From Myxococcota bacterium (GTDB lineage: Bacteria > Myxococcota_A > Polyangia > Nannocystales > Nannocystaceae), in assembly GCA_039194325.1 (NCBI GenBank), contig JBCCWC010000003.1:32001-96000 (forward strand): DNA of 64,000 bases. The letters run 5' to 3'. The position numbers were made by a program, and so were the translations under genes. The notes below the pieces were generated by a model. That model was not told the origin of the DNA, did not search any database, and was given only the letters and a program-made list of their open reading frames with translations. This document shows positions 28,913-40,845 of the stretch, piece after piece (the stretch's first letter is position 1; each line of letters opens with the position of its first letter).

Positions 28913-29022
28913 GACGAGCGCCAGGCCCGGCCTGGACGAACGCCAGACCCGGTCGGGACGAACGCCAGACCCGGCCAGGAAGAACGCCAGGCCCGGCCGG
29001 GACGAGCGTCTAGCCCGGCCGG
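28913..29022. repeat. Intergenic 22-bp tandem repeat x5 (GACGAACGCCAGRCCCGGCCGG)
   Basis: Units start at 28913, 28935, 28957, 28979, 29001. Confidence 0.9.
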
Positions 29023-29050
29023 AACAACCGAGCCCGATATCCCGTCCCGC

Positions 29051-29749
29051 TCAGCCGCAGCGAGGATCGGTATTCTGCAACATCTCGATCGTCGCCGCGT
29101 CGACCGGGATCGGGTCACACCCATGATCTTGCTCGCAGATCATGTCCCACTGCGGCTCCGCAGCAGAGTGACACGCAAAGCAGTTGCCTCCGAAGGGATT
29201 GATGACCTCCGTGGTCCCGCGATCGAGGATCTCCGTGCCGTCCGCCGAGGTCGACAGCGAGAAGAACTCCCAGTCGTTCGTCGCAGGCGACCACCCAGCC
29301 GCCCGCTTGACCATGGCCTCGTTGGGGACCAGCTGGATCACCGTACCCACCGGGTACATCCCCCCGTCGGGCGAGTTCGCCACCTCGAGGGTCTGGTCGA
29401 GGTAGCCCAGCAGGTTCGTGACGCGAAAGCGCCGGACCAGGTCCCAGTCGAGTAAGCACACGAAATCCTCCGGGCCCATGTCGAGATCTTCGAGGACCCC
29501 ACCGCTGGTACCCGTGCCCGTGGAGTCGACCGCACCGGTGCTCGAGTCGGCCCCGCCGGTCGTGGGCGACGCGGTGCCCGACGGATCTCCAGACGGATTC
29601 CCAGACGGATTCCCAGTCGGATCCGCAGTCTCCCCCGACGAGCCCGTCTCCGTGTTGGACCCCGAAGTCGCCGACCCGCCGTCGTCACCGCAGGCGGGAA
29701 GGACAAGCGCAAGAGTGAACGCCACCGAGTTTCGGATGGATCGCTTCAT
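29051..29749 (-). CDS. Lipoprotein with C-terminal monohaem cytochrome c (P460/c'-beta-like)
   Basis: Lipobox LPAC, S/T/G linker, YPVGTVI...AMVKR...DWEFF...CFACH. Confidence 0.75.
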   Translation of the reverse strand: MKRSIRNSVAFTLALVLPACGDDGGSATSGSNTETGSSGETADPTGNPSGNPSGDPSGTASPTTGGADSSTGAVDSTGTGTSGGVLEDLDMGPEDFVCLLDWDLVRRFRVTNLLGYLDQTLEVANSPDGGMYPVGTVIQLVPNEAMVKRAAGWSPATNDWEFFSLSTSADGTEILDRGTTEVINPFGGNCFACHSAAEPQWDMICEQDHGCDPIPVDAATIEMLQNTDPRCG

Positions 29750-29781
29750 TGCGCGCACCATAGTCGATTTCGACGCCAACG

Positions 29782-31188
29782 CTAGCGCGGCGCGAACATC
29801 AACCCCACCAGGCACATCTCGTCGTCGGTGCCAAAGCCGGGCAGCACAGGCTCGGTGTCGCCCACCGTGCTGAACTCACAGGTCACGTGCAATCGATCGT
29901 CGAGCGTCGCCGCCATCGGCGCTTGCAAGAAGTAGGCGCTCTGCCAGTTGAAATCCCAGCGATCCACGTCGGCCCCGCACTGCATCCCCGCCGGGGTCTC
30001 TAGCTCGATGATCATCCGGCGGCCCCGCTCGTGCATGTGCGGGATCATGCCCAGGATCTCGATCTCATCGTATTGATCCGCGCCCGAAGCATCGAAGGCG
30101 AGCATGTCGCGGATCCGGTCGTCCCACACGTACTGGACTGCCTCTTGGCCGGGCGCGAGCTGCTGAGGATCGCCGAACTGCGACGAGTACAAGAAGGGAT
30201 CCCACAGCACCTGGTATACCGGACGCTCGACCTCGTCGGCCACCGCAAGGTGCACCTGGGTGGCATCAAGACCCGAGCCCTCCACCAGATCGTAGTGCAT
30301 CTGTACCACCAGCACGTCGCCCGGTTCGAACAAGATGCCGGTGCCTTCAGGATACTCGATCGCTCCCGCGCCCGGGGCCCAGGTCACGGGCACACCATTG
30401 GGGATCACGTCCTCGCCCGCCGCTCCAAAGCAGTCCCAGCCGGGCACATCAGGGCTCTGGTCGTCGAGTGCCTGCATCTGCGCTTCGTTGCCCAACAGGT
30501 CCGGATCTACCCGAAAGCCCAGCACGTGATGCACCAACGCCGGGTTGCCGGGCACCACGTCGAAGCCGGTCACATAGCGCGGCTGATCGAGATCCAGCTC
30601 GACCCGAAAGCAGTGATAGTCCTCGAAGCCGCCGTATTCGGGCACGGCCACCGGCTCGTACTCGGGCAGCTGGAGCTCGTCGATCTCGCCCTGCAAGGTG
30701 GGAGGCTCGGGGACCGATGGCGGTGGGATCGAGGGATCCCCCTCGGGGTAGCCGGCATCCACCCAGTCGGCGATCACGTCGATCTCCTCGTCGCTTACCC
30801 ACCGGGCATCTACGAAGCTGTTGCAGCTGCCGTCGTTGTTGACCGCAAAGGGCGGCATGCTCCGGGCCTGGACCGCCGCGAGCATGGGCTCGCCCCACTC
30901 CACCGCGTCCTCGTAGCTATCGAGGGTGAACGGCGCGATCGCGCCCGGCACATGACACGAGCCACAGTGGCGGGCGAGGATCGGGAACACGTCCTCGTGA
31001 AACTGAGCCCGGCGGAGCTCCGGGTCGGTGTCGGACCCCGTGTCAGCCACAGGCCCGGTAGTCGAGGACTCACCACCCGTCGTCGGCTCGGTATCGGCCC
31101 CCATGGCGCCATCGTCACCACACGCGGGTGCGAGCAAGAGCGTGGTCAGGCCGAACAAAACAGAGACTCGTGGGTGGCTCATCGGCAA
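29782..31188 (-). CDS. Lipoprotein: haem c domain + copper type II (PHM/DBM-like) monooxygenase
   Basis: Lipobox LAPAC; CGSCH...MPP; VHHV, QMHY, PHMH, DEMC copper ligands. Confidence 0.88.
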   Translation of the reverse strand: MPMSHPRVSVLFGLTTLLLAPACGDDGAMGADTEPTTGGESSTTGPVADTGSDTDPELRRAQFHEDVFPILARHCGSCHVPGAIAPFTLDSYEDAVEWGEPMLAAVQARSMPPFAVNNDGSCNSFVDARWVSDEEIDVIADWVDAGYPEGDPSIPPPSVPEPPTLQGEIDELQLPEYEPVAVPEYGGFEDYHCFRVELDLDQPRYVTGFDVVPGNPALVHHVLGFRVDPDLLGNEAQMQALDDQSPDVPGWDCFGAAGEDVIPNGVPVTWAPGAGAIEYPEGTGILFEPGDVLVVQMHYDLVEGSGLDATQVHLAVADEVERPVYQVLWDPFLYSSQFGDPQQLAPGQEAVQYVWDDRIRDMLAFDASGADQYDEIEILGMIPHMHERGRRMIIELETPAGMQCGADVDRWDFNWQSAYFLQAPMAATLDDRLHVTCEFSTVGDTEPVLPGFGTDDEMCLVGLMFAPR

Positions 31189-31312
31189 TGGATCTCAGGG
31201 TCGAACGATGCGCGAAAACGACCCGTCGTCCGTCGCAAAAACGACAGACGCGGGCGGGAAATGGTCCTCGAACGATGCCGTGGAACGCTCCAAACCTTGC
31301 ACTCCACCATGT

Positions 31313-31327
31313 ATTCTTCCAATGAAT
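31313..31327. promoter_or_regulatory. Putative LysR box ATTC-N7-GAAT
   Basis: T-N11-A dyad just upstream of lysR in the divergent gap. Confidence 0.5.
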
Positions 31328-31342
31328 CTTTCAGATAGGCCC

Positions 31343-32323
31343 ATGCAGCAGCTGCATCTATCTCAGATCGACGTCAACCTGCTGGTCAGCCTCGATACGC
31401 TGCTGCGCGAGCGCAGCGTGACCCGGGCGGCCAAGCGCCTGGGCCTGAGCCAGTCGGCGATGAGCCACCAACTCCGCCGACTGCGGGAGCTGTTCGACGA
31501 CCCGCTATTGGTCGGCGGCCGGGGCGGCATGGTCGCCAGCCCGCTCGCGGAGTCCCTCGAGAGTCCGGTCCGTCGCGCGTTGCTGGATCTGAACCGCGCG
31601 ATCCAGGGCGAGATGTCGTTCGACCCCGCGACCGCCGAGCGGACGTTCACGATCGCCACCAAGGATGCGGTCGAGCTGCTGGGGCTCCCTCCGCTGCTGG
31701 ATCTGCTGTCCCGCGAGGCGCCGGGGATCCGGATCCACGGTCGACCGCTCGGGCCCAGCACCTATCTCGCGCTGCAGGAGGGCGACGTGGATCTGGTCAT
31801 CGGTCCCGACGTCGAAAACACGTTGGGGGTGAGATTTCCGGGCCTGCGACGTCGGGTGCTGGGCCGCGAGCCGTCGGTCTGCGTGGTCCGCCGCGATCAC
31901 CCCGTGGTGGCCATGGCTCGCCGCGAGGGAGGCCTGACCCTCGAGCGCTACCTCGCGCTTCGACACGTGCAAGTGCTGCCACCCGGGTTGCGTGAGACCT
32001 CGTCCGTTGACGAAGCCCTGGCCGCGGCGAGCCTCGAGCGCGACGTGATCGCCCAGGTCACGCACTTCATCAGCGGATTGTTCATGGTCGTGGCCTCGGA
32101 TCTGGCCGTGACCCTGGCTCGGGGCATCGCCGAGCCGCTGGCCGCCACCTTCGCGCTCGAGCTGCTCGAGCCGCCGCTGTCGCTACCCGACATCGTCCTG
32201 CACATGACGTGGCACGAGCGCTACGACGAAGATCCCGCCAACAAGTGGCTACGCTCGGCCGTGGTGCGGGTTAGCGAGCACATGCAGAGCGCCATCCATG
32301 AATCCAGAGCTCCGCGGCCCTAA
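31343..32323 (+). CDS. LysR family transcriptional regulator
   Basis: IDVNLLVSLDTLLRERSVTRAAKRLGLSQSAMSHQL; WHERYDEDPANKWLR. Confidence 0.95.
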   Translation: MQQLHLSQIDVNLLVSLDTLLRERSVTRAAKRLGLSQSAMSHQLRRLRELFDDPLLVGGRGGMVASPLAESLESPVRRALLDLNRAIQGEMSFDPATAERTFTIATKDAVELLGLPPLLDLLSREAPGIRIHGRPLGPSTYLALQEGDVDLVIGPDVENTLGVRFPGLRRRVLGREPSVCVVRRDHPVVAMARREGGLTLERYLALRHVQVLPPGLRETSSVDEALAAASLERDVIAQVTHFISGLFMVVASDLAVTLARGIAEPLAATFALELLEPPLSLPDIVLHMTWHERYDEDPANKWLRSAVVRVSEHMQSAIHESRAPRP

Positions 32324-32357
32324 GCTCGACGCACACGCCGCTGGGGATCGAGCTGCC

Positions 32358-32654
32358 ATGACCTCGGAGACCAAGTCGCACGTATTTCGTCACGACGACC
32401 AGTGGGAGACCGTCGACACCTACTGGAGCAGCCCGCTGTCGTTCTGGTCGCAGAAGAGCCTGCGGATCGAGCCCCCCCTACCGCTCCGGGTGACCGTGCT
32501 CGGCGCGGTCGTCGCTCACTCCACCCAGGGGTGGATCAACTACGGAGGAGTCAGCGCGATGTTCATCCAGGCCGTGCAGTCCCGAGGCCGCGCCGGGCAG
32601 CGGGTACGCGTGGAGATCTACGACGACCCGGTGACCGAAGAAGAGCTGGGATAG
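32358..32654 (+). CDS. Small hypothetical protein
   Basis: 98-aa ORF with host-like GC-ending codons, filling the gap. Confidence 0.65.
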   Translation: MTSETKSHVFRHDDQWETVDTYWSSPLSFWSQKSLRIEPPLPLRVTVLGAVVAHSTQGWINYGGVSAMFIQAVQSRGRAGQRVRVEIYDDPVTEEELG

Positions 32655-32664
32655 GCTCGGGGTG

Positions 32665-33229
32665 ATGGGCTACTGGGACGAAGCCAAGAACATCGAAGAC
32701 TACGAGCGGATGGCCGAGGGCTACGACGGCCGAGCGCTGGTGGATTACCTCGCGACCCAGGTCCCCGCCAGCGCGCACGTGCTCGAGCTGGGTATGGGGC
32801 CAGGCAAGGATCTCGACATGATGCGCGAGCGAGGCTGGACGATCACCGGCTCGGACGCGTCCGCGGTGTTCGTCGACCGCTACCTTGGGCGTCACCCGGG
32901 GGCCGACGTGCTTGCGCTCGACGCGGTCACAATCAAGACCGACCGAACCTTCGATGTAATCTACTCCAACAAGGTCTTGCAACACCTGACCCGCGAGCAA
33001 ATGCGACACTCACTCGCGCGCCAGGTCGAGTGCCTGAATGTGGGCGGCGTGTGCCTACACGCCCTGTGGTACGGCGAAGAAGTCCAGGAACACCATGGGC
33101 TTCGCTTTACCCAGTACACCGAGGCGCTGGTGCGTGAGGTGCTACCCGTGGAGCTGGAGCTCGTCGAGATCCTACGCTACACCGAGATGGAAGAGGGAGA
33201 CTCGCTCCGCGTGCTGCTGCGTCGGACGA

Positions 33230-33237
<8 letters not shown>
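32665..33237 (+). CDS. Class I SAM-dependent methyltransferase
   Basis: VLELGMGPG, TGSDAS, FDVIYSNKVLQHL. Confidence 0.9.
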
Positions 33238-35593
<2,356 letters not shown>

Positions 35594-35734
35594 CCGGGCC
35601 CGCCGCGAGTGTCTCACCGTCGATCCGAGCGAACAACCAACACCCCACCCAGCACCGAGGATCGCCCTTCGCCACGGGCGAGGCCAAGCCATTGCCCGTA
35701 GGAGACGCGAGTGCCCCGGGCCAGCGCCTCACGC

Positions 35735-37312
35735 CTAGTGCGACACACCGCGGTCCGGGCCCGATAGCCGTGGGATCATCGGAGCCGTCACCGAGAACGC
35801 CAGCAGTGCCAGGTCGTTGCCCAGCAGGTGGGGGTAGTCGGAGAGGTCACCTGGGTGTAGCACCGCACCCCACGTGCCCGGTCGCGGAAGCCGAGCCTCG
35901 AACGCCACGGCCAGCTCGTTGGGTGATGCTCGGGTCGCCCACAGCCAGCCGGCGGCGACGGGTCGCACCGCCCGGATGTAGATCCGCTCCTCGACCGAGG
36001 CAGCCCAGGCTCGCCAGGCCCACAGCGCGAGCATCAGGCCGATGGTGCTCAGCTCGATGACCCGAGACGAGGTGAGCACCACGATCGCACCCAGCACCGT
36101 CACAACCAGCAAGGGCCGTAGCTGCTCCCAGCGAACCCAGCGATGCGTCTGCGCGGTCTGGGCCAGGGCGTCCGCTGCTTGCTCGACGGTGGGCCGGGGC
36201 TGCTCGGCCACCGGCGTCGGGAAGCTCCCGTACTGCTCCGCCCAACGCTCGGCCATGCCCACGTATAGAGCGGCAATGCCCGGCGCGCGCGCGGTCGCCC
36301 GAGCCAAGACGGTCAGCAAGGCTGCCGGTTCCGCGGCCGCGCGCTTGCCCAGCATCAGGCCCAGCTCCGCCTCGGCCGGCGGGCGCAAGCTGGCGCCCAG
36401 CATCGTGAAGCGATCGAGCTGCGGCCAGTCACCCAGCTCCTCGCGCCACGCGGCCAGCTCGTCACACAAGGTACGGCGATGCAGCAGTGCACCATCGCGA
36501 TACTCGGTGTCATGGGCGGCGATGAGATCTCCGTAGCGCGCGACCAGCTCATCGAACAGCACCGGAGCGCCCCACACCAGGGCACAGCATGCCTCGAGCA
36601 ACAGGGTGGAAAACTGGGGCAGGGCCGCCAGCGCCAGCGTCGAGCGCCCGAGCAACCGAGCCGCTGCAGCGGTGTAGCGCTGGGCCTCCAGATCCTCGTG
36701 GACCGCCTCGGCCAACGCGACCAGGCGCTCTTCGGCGGTGGGCTTGGGTGGCCCCGAATCCGGCCCCGAATCCGGCCCCGAGTCCGGCCCCGAGTTGGTG
36801 CTCGGCTCGAGCGGAGGCGCGGGCTCAGCTCGGTCGACGGGCTCGGCACGCTCGCGCGCCTCGGCTCGTAGCTCGACCTCCAGCTCGGCCACGATCCGCT
36901 CGATCGACGGCTCATCCTCATCCTCCGCTTCGGACTGCTCGCGTGCCTCGGCTCGTAGTGCCTCGTCGGTGGGCTCGTCGAGTCCCCCGTGCTGCCCGTC
37001 GTCTAGACTGCCATCGAGGTCATCATCGAGCCGTGCCTCCCCCTCGGCCCGGTGCTGCGCATCTTGCTGGGCCTGGCGCACCACCTCGTGGGCCTGGCGC
37101 CACGCGTCGAACCACGCCTCTTGTTCACGCAATCGGTCGTAAGCCTCGCGAACGCGGCGGAACTCGGCCGGGTGTCGGTCGGGCTTGAACACCTTGACCC
37201 GGCGCAGGTAGGCGCGACGGATCTGCTCAGAGCTGGCCCCCGGCCGCACGTCGAGCAGCAGGTAGGGGTCGTCCGTGTCGGGCAACGTGACCGGAGGCTT
37301 TGGGCGGCTCAT
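35735..37312 (-). CDS. J-domain membrane protein (DjlB/DjlC-like co-chaperone)
   Basis: DPYLLL...IRRAYLRRVKVFKPDRHPAEFRRVREAY; TM near C-terminus; 4-bp overlap with Hsp70 gene. Confidence 0.85.
   Translation of the reverse strand: MSRPKPPVTLPDTDDPYLLLDVRPGASSEQIRRAYLRRVKVFKPDRHPAEFRRVREAYDRLREQEAWFDAWRQAHEVVRQAQQDAQHRAEGEARLDDDLDGSLDDGQHGGLDEPTDEALRAEAREQSEAEDEDEPSIERIVAELEVELRAEARERAEPVDRAEPAPPLEPSTNSGPDSGPDSGPDSGPPKPTAEERLVALAEAVHEDLEAQRYTAAAARLLGRSTLALAALPQFSTLLLEACCALVWGAPVLFDELVARYGDLIAAHDTEYRDGALLHRRTLCDELAAWREELGDWPQLDRFTMLGASLRPPAEAELGLMLGKRAAAEPAALLTVLARATARAPGIAALYVGMAERWAEQYGSFPTPVAEQPRPTVEQAADALAQTAQTHRWVRWEQLRPLLVVTVLGAIVVLTSSRVIELSTIGLMLALWAWRAWAASVEERIYIRAVRPVAAGWLWATRASPNELAVAFEARLPRPGTWGAVLHPGDLSDYPHLLGNDLALLAFSVTAPMIPRLSGPDRGVSH
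36750..36795. repeat. 12-bp in-frame tandem repeat (DSGP) about x4
   Basis: GGCCCCGA(A/G)TCC units. Confidence 0.9.
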
Positions 37313-39069
37313 CCTCGCTTGAACCGATCGACCAGCGCCAACAGCTCGCCCCGACGCCGGTCGATGACATGGGGTTCCTGCTCCTCCAAGGCGAGCCGAA
37401 AGGCCCGCATCGCGGTGCCGAGTAGCTCGCGCGCGGGACCGCGTAGCTCGGTGAACAGGCTCTCGGCACGAGCCAGCGCGGTGGTGTTGGGCAGCGCCTC
37501 CCGAGGATGGAACTTGAGCCCCTTGAGCGCCTCCCGAGCCTGCTCGACCTGCTTGGGGCTCATGCGCCCCGGCGAGCGCTCGATCACCAGCGTAGAGGTC
37601 TCACCGGTGGATACCACGGTCATGTCGACCTCGAGGATCCCGTTGAGATCGTAGGTAAAGCGCACGTCGATCGACTCTTCGCCGGCGGGCGCCGACGGCA
37701 GCCCCTCGAGCGTGTAATCGCCGAGCTTGGTGTTGTCGCGGCACAGCGAGTGCTCACCCTGGAACACCTCGACGCGGATCTGCGCCTGACCATCGGCCGC
37801 GGTCACGAATCGCTCCACCCGGCTGGCAGGGAGCACCGTGCCCCGCTCGAGGATCGGCGAGAACACGTAGTCGAGGCGTCGCCGGCCCTGGCTCTCTACG
37901 GTGGACACGCCCAGCGAGAAGGGAGCCACGTCGGTGGCCACCATGTCGTCGAGCTGCTCGTCGCCGGCCTTGAGGGCGACCTGGACCGCCGCCCCCTGAG
38001 CGACCGCCTCGTCGGGCGAGATCGTGCGCAGAGGCGGCCGTTCGAACAACGCGTGCGCCAGCTCGGCCACCACCGGCATACGCGTGGCGCCACCGACCAG
38101 CACCACCTCGTCGATGTCGGTGGTCGACAGGCCCGCGTCGCGTAGCGCCCGGCGGATCGGCGGGTGCATGCGCTCCATGATGGGCTGCCACAGCTCGTGG
38201 GCCTCCTCGCGGGTCAACGGCAGGCGCGGGGGCTCGGTGTGCAAGTGCGGCCCCGGGCGCGGCACCTCGACCTCGACCCGCTCGTCACTCGACAACTGGC
38301 GCTTGGCCAGCTCGCACGCCTCCCAAAAACGAGCCCGGGTGTGCACCATCCGGCGGGGATCGAGATCCCACTGCTGCTTCGCGCGATCGGCCAGCGCGTC
38401 GACCAGCCGCTCTACGAAATCTTCGCCGCCCAGGCGAGCATCACCGGCCGAGGCCTGGATCTCGATGACCCCCTCGATGATCTCGAGCACGCTGACGTCG
38501 AAGGTGCCCCCGCCCACGTCGAGCACCACGATGCGACACTCCCGGTCGCGATGCTGTAGCCCGTAGGCCAGCGCCGCGGCGGTGGGCTCGTTGATCAATC
38601 GCTCCACGTGTAGCCCCGCGATCTCACACGCATCGCGGGTCGCGCGGCGTTGCAGCTCGCCGAAGTAGGCCGGCACCGTCACCACCGCTTCGTCCACCGG
38701 GACGCCCAAGCTGGCCTCGGCATCGCGCACCAGCTGCCGCAATACCAGCGCCGAGAGCTCCTCAGGCCGGAATCGGTGGGTGCCGTAGGCGAATACCCGG
38801 TCGGTCCCCATGTCCCGCTTGAAGTTGCGGAACGTACGCTCGGGGTGGGTGAGCGCACGAGCCCGAGCCGGGGCACCCACCAAGATCGTCCCGTCGTCGT
38901 CCACACTGACCGCGCTGGGGGTCTGCCGTTCACCCAGGCCATTGGGGAGGATCTCGGCATCACCGTCGCGAAGCACCCCCACCAAGGAGTAGGTCGTACC
39001 CAGATCGATGCCTATACGCGCGCCCACGGCGGCCGTCAGCGTAGCACTGCCCCCCGCGGTCCGACCCAC
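37309..39069 (-). CDS. hscC: Hsp70 family chaperone, HscC-like
   Basis: IGIDLGTT, EPTAAALAYG, DVGGGTFDVS, LVGGATRMP, C-terminal LKFHPRE; start uncertain. Confidence 0.85.
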   Translation of the reverse strand: MGRTAGGSATLTAAVGARIGIDLGTTYSLVGVLRDGDAEILPNGLGERQTPSAVSVDDDGTILVGAPARARALTHPERTFRNFKRDMGTDRVFAYGTHRFRPEELSALVLRQLVRDAEASLGVPVDEAVVTVPAYFGELQRRATRDACEIAGLHVERLINEPTAAALAYGLQHRDRECRIVVLDVGGGTFDVSVLEIIEGVIEIQASAGDARLGGEDFVERLVDALADRAKQQWDLDPRRMVHTRARFWEACELAKRQLSSDERVEVEVPRPGPHLHTEPPRLPLTREEAHELWQPIMERMHPPIRRALRDAGLSTTDIDEVVLVGGATRMPVVAELAHALFERPPLRTISPDEAVAQGAAVQVALKAGDEQLDDMVATDVAPFSLGVSTVESQGRRRLDYVFSPILERGTVLPASRVERFVTAADGQAQIRVEVFQGEHSLCRDNTKLGDYTLEGLPSAPAGEESIDVRFTYDLNGILEVDMTVVSTGETSTLVIERSPGRMSPKQVEQAREALKGLKFHPREALPNTTALARAESLFTELRGPARELLGTAMRAFRLALEEQEPHVIDRRRGELLALVDRFKRG

Positions 39070-39255
39070 TCGGGGTCTTGGGACCCTCAGCGATGGCTAC
39101 GGCACGGGCCACGGCACGGCCACGGCCACGGCCCGAACCAGCGCCTAGCGCGCACGATGCCCGTCTCTACTCGGCGAAAACCACGGACACGCTGGGGTCG
39201 CCTCGCCTCTTGCCAACCCGGGTCGGTGTGGTCTAGGAGATCGCCCCTCACGAAC

Positions 39256-39301
39256 CTCCTTGCTCCCGCCGCGAGCGGGGGCCACTTTCGTCCGAAAGGA
39301 G
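39256..39301 (+). promoter_or_regulatory. S6:S18 ribosomal protein leader RNA
   Basis: CTCCTTGC-hairpin-GGCCA...AAAGGAG; the CTCCTT arm can pair with the rpsF Shine-Dalgarno. Confidence 0.7.
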
Positions 39302-39306
39302 AGCCC

Positions 39307-39888
39307 ATGGCCGAAGCAGCCGCCAACAAGGGCATCGTGCGCTCGGTGTCGTCCAAGCAGGGCACCCAGCGCGAGTACGAGTCCGTCATCATCCTCCGCC
39401 CCAGCACGGGCAAGCCCGAGATCGCCGCGCTCATCGAGCGCATGCAGGGCATGTTCGGCGATTTTGGGGGCACCCTCATCAAGATCGACAGCTGGGGCAC
39501 CCGGATCCTGGCCTTTCCCGTCCGTCACGAGCGCAAGGGGATCTACCTGTACTGGCGCTTCTTGGGAGGCTCGGACATCGTCGCCGAGTTCGAGCGCCTG
39601 ATGGGCCTGTCGGACAAGGTCATTCGCTTCTACACCATCAAGATCGACGACGACGTGGACCCCGAGGCTCGGCCCAGCGAGGTGACCGAGGAGCTGCTCG
39701 AAGCGGCGTCCGACCCGGGCCCCGACCCCGAAGAGCTCGCTCGACAGGCCGCCGAGGCCGAGGCCGCTCGCCTGGCCGCCGAGGCCGAGGCCGCCCGTCT
39801 GGCCGCCGAGGCCGAGGCCGCCCAGCAGGCCGAAGAGCCTGCTGAAGGCGACACCCCCGCCCCCGCCAGTGAGGAGAGCGAAGGATGA
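39307..39888 (+). CDS. rpsF: 30S ribosomal protein S6
   Basis: [26 protein letters not shown]; acidic tail with AAEAEAARL repeats. Confidence 0.96.
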   Translation: MAEAAANKGIVRSVSSKQGTQREYESVIILRPSTGKPEIAALIERMQGMFGDFGGTLIKIDSWGTRILAFPVRHERKGIYLYWRFLGGSDIVAEFERLMGLSDKVIRFYTIKIDDDVDPEARPSEVTEELLEAASDPGPDPEELARQAAEAEAARLAAEAEAARLAAEAEAAQQAEEPAEGDTPAPASEESEG

Positions 39889-40163
39889 GCGACGATTATC
39901 GAGACCGTGACCGAGGTGACCGAGGCGACCGAGGAGACCGCGGCGACCGAGGCAGCAGCCGTCGCAAGCGCTTTGCGATGGTCGCCGACAAGAACCTCGT
40001 GCTGGACTACAAGAACCCCCAGCTGCTGAAGAACTTCCTGTCCGATCGCGGCAAGATCGTGCCGGCGCGGATCTCCGGGCTCTCTGCCCGTCAGCAGCGG
40101 CAGCTCACCAAGGCGATCAAGCGCGCGCGCATGCTGGCCTTGCTGCCCTACACCTCGAGCTGA
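39885..40163 (+). CDS. rpsR: 30S ribosomal protein S18
   Basis: [25 protein letters not shown]...[17 protein letters not shown]. Confidence 0.98.
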   Translation: MSDDYRDRDRGDRGDRGDRGDRGSSRRKRFAMVADKNLVLDYKNPQLLKNFLSDRGKIVPARISGLSARQQRQLTKAIKRARMLALLPYTSS

Positions 40164-40216
40164 GAGCCCCGCGGGAACCAGGCGACAACCAGACGAGAAG
40201 CGAGAAAGGTCCCGTC

Positions 40217-40669
40217 ATGATCAGCGTCATCCTCAAGCAAGACGTCGACAACCTCGGCCGCGCCGGTGAGATCGTCAAGGTCAAGCCGGGGTACGGTCGG
40301 AATTTCCTCATCCCTCGCGGCATGGCCCTATTGGCCACCCGGGGCAACGTGGCCCAGCACGAGCACCATAAGCGTGCCATCGAGGCCGAGCAGGCTCGAC
40401 TTCATGCCCAGCAGAAGCTGGTCGCCGACCAGCTCGAGAAGACCTCGGTATCCATCGCCCGTAAAGCCGGTAAGGACGGCAAGCTCTTTGGCTCGGTCTC
40501 CTCGCGTGACATCGTCGATGCCCTCGCGATGCAGAACATCGAGATCGACCGTCGTCTGGTCCGACTCGACGATCCGCTCCGCGAGACCGGTACCTTCGAG
40601 GTCATGGTGCGCTTCAGCATGGACATCCAGGTTCCACTGAAGGTCAACGTCGTCGGCATCAAGAAATAG
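40217..40669 (+). CDS. rplI: 50S ribosomal protein L9
   Basis: VILKQDVDNLGRAGEIVKVKPGYGRNFLIP; GKLFGSV. Confidence 0.98.
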   Translation: MISVILKQDVDNLGRAGEIVKVKPGYGRNFLIPRGMALLATRGNVAQHEHHKRAIEAEQARLHAQQKLVADQLEKTSVSIARKAGKDGKLFGSVSSRDIVDALAMQNIEIDRRLVRLDDPLRETGTFEVMVRFSMDIQVPLKVNVVGIKK

Positions 40670-40706
40670 CGTTTTTGGGCCGCTCGAGCCCGGAGCGTTG
40701 TTGGCG

Positions 40707-40736
40707 AGGGCCGATCGGAGACGATCGGCCCTTCTT
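40707..40736 (+). terminator. Intrinsic terminator of rpsF-rpsR-rplI
   Basis: AGGGCCGATCG-gaga-CGATCGGCCCT followed by TCTT. Confidence 0.7.
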
Positions 40737-40776
40737 GTATCGTCGTGGATTGTATCGTGGGTTGTATCGTGGGTTG
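40735..40776. repeat. Intergenic tandem repeat TTGTATCGTGGG (12-bp x2 plus a 15-bp variant)
   Basis: Read directly. Confidence 0.8.
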
Positions 40777-40845
40777 CGTTGTCGGGGACCGTGCTCGAAA
40801 TGCCCCATTTGCCATCGGTCGTGACGGTGGGGCAGTCTGTTCGGG

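Noticed and set aside
28913..29022. CRISPR array
   Set aside because: Units are head-to-tail with no spacers, and no cas genes are seen; the same holds for all other arrays
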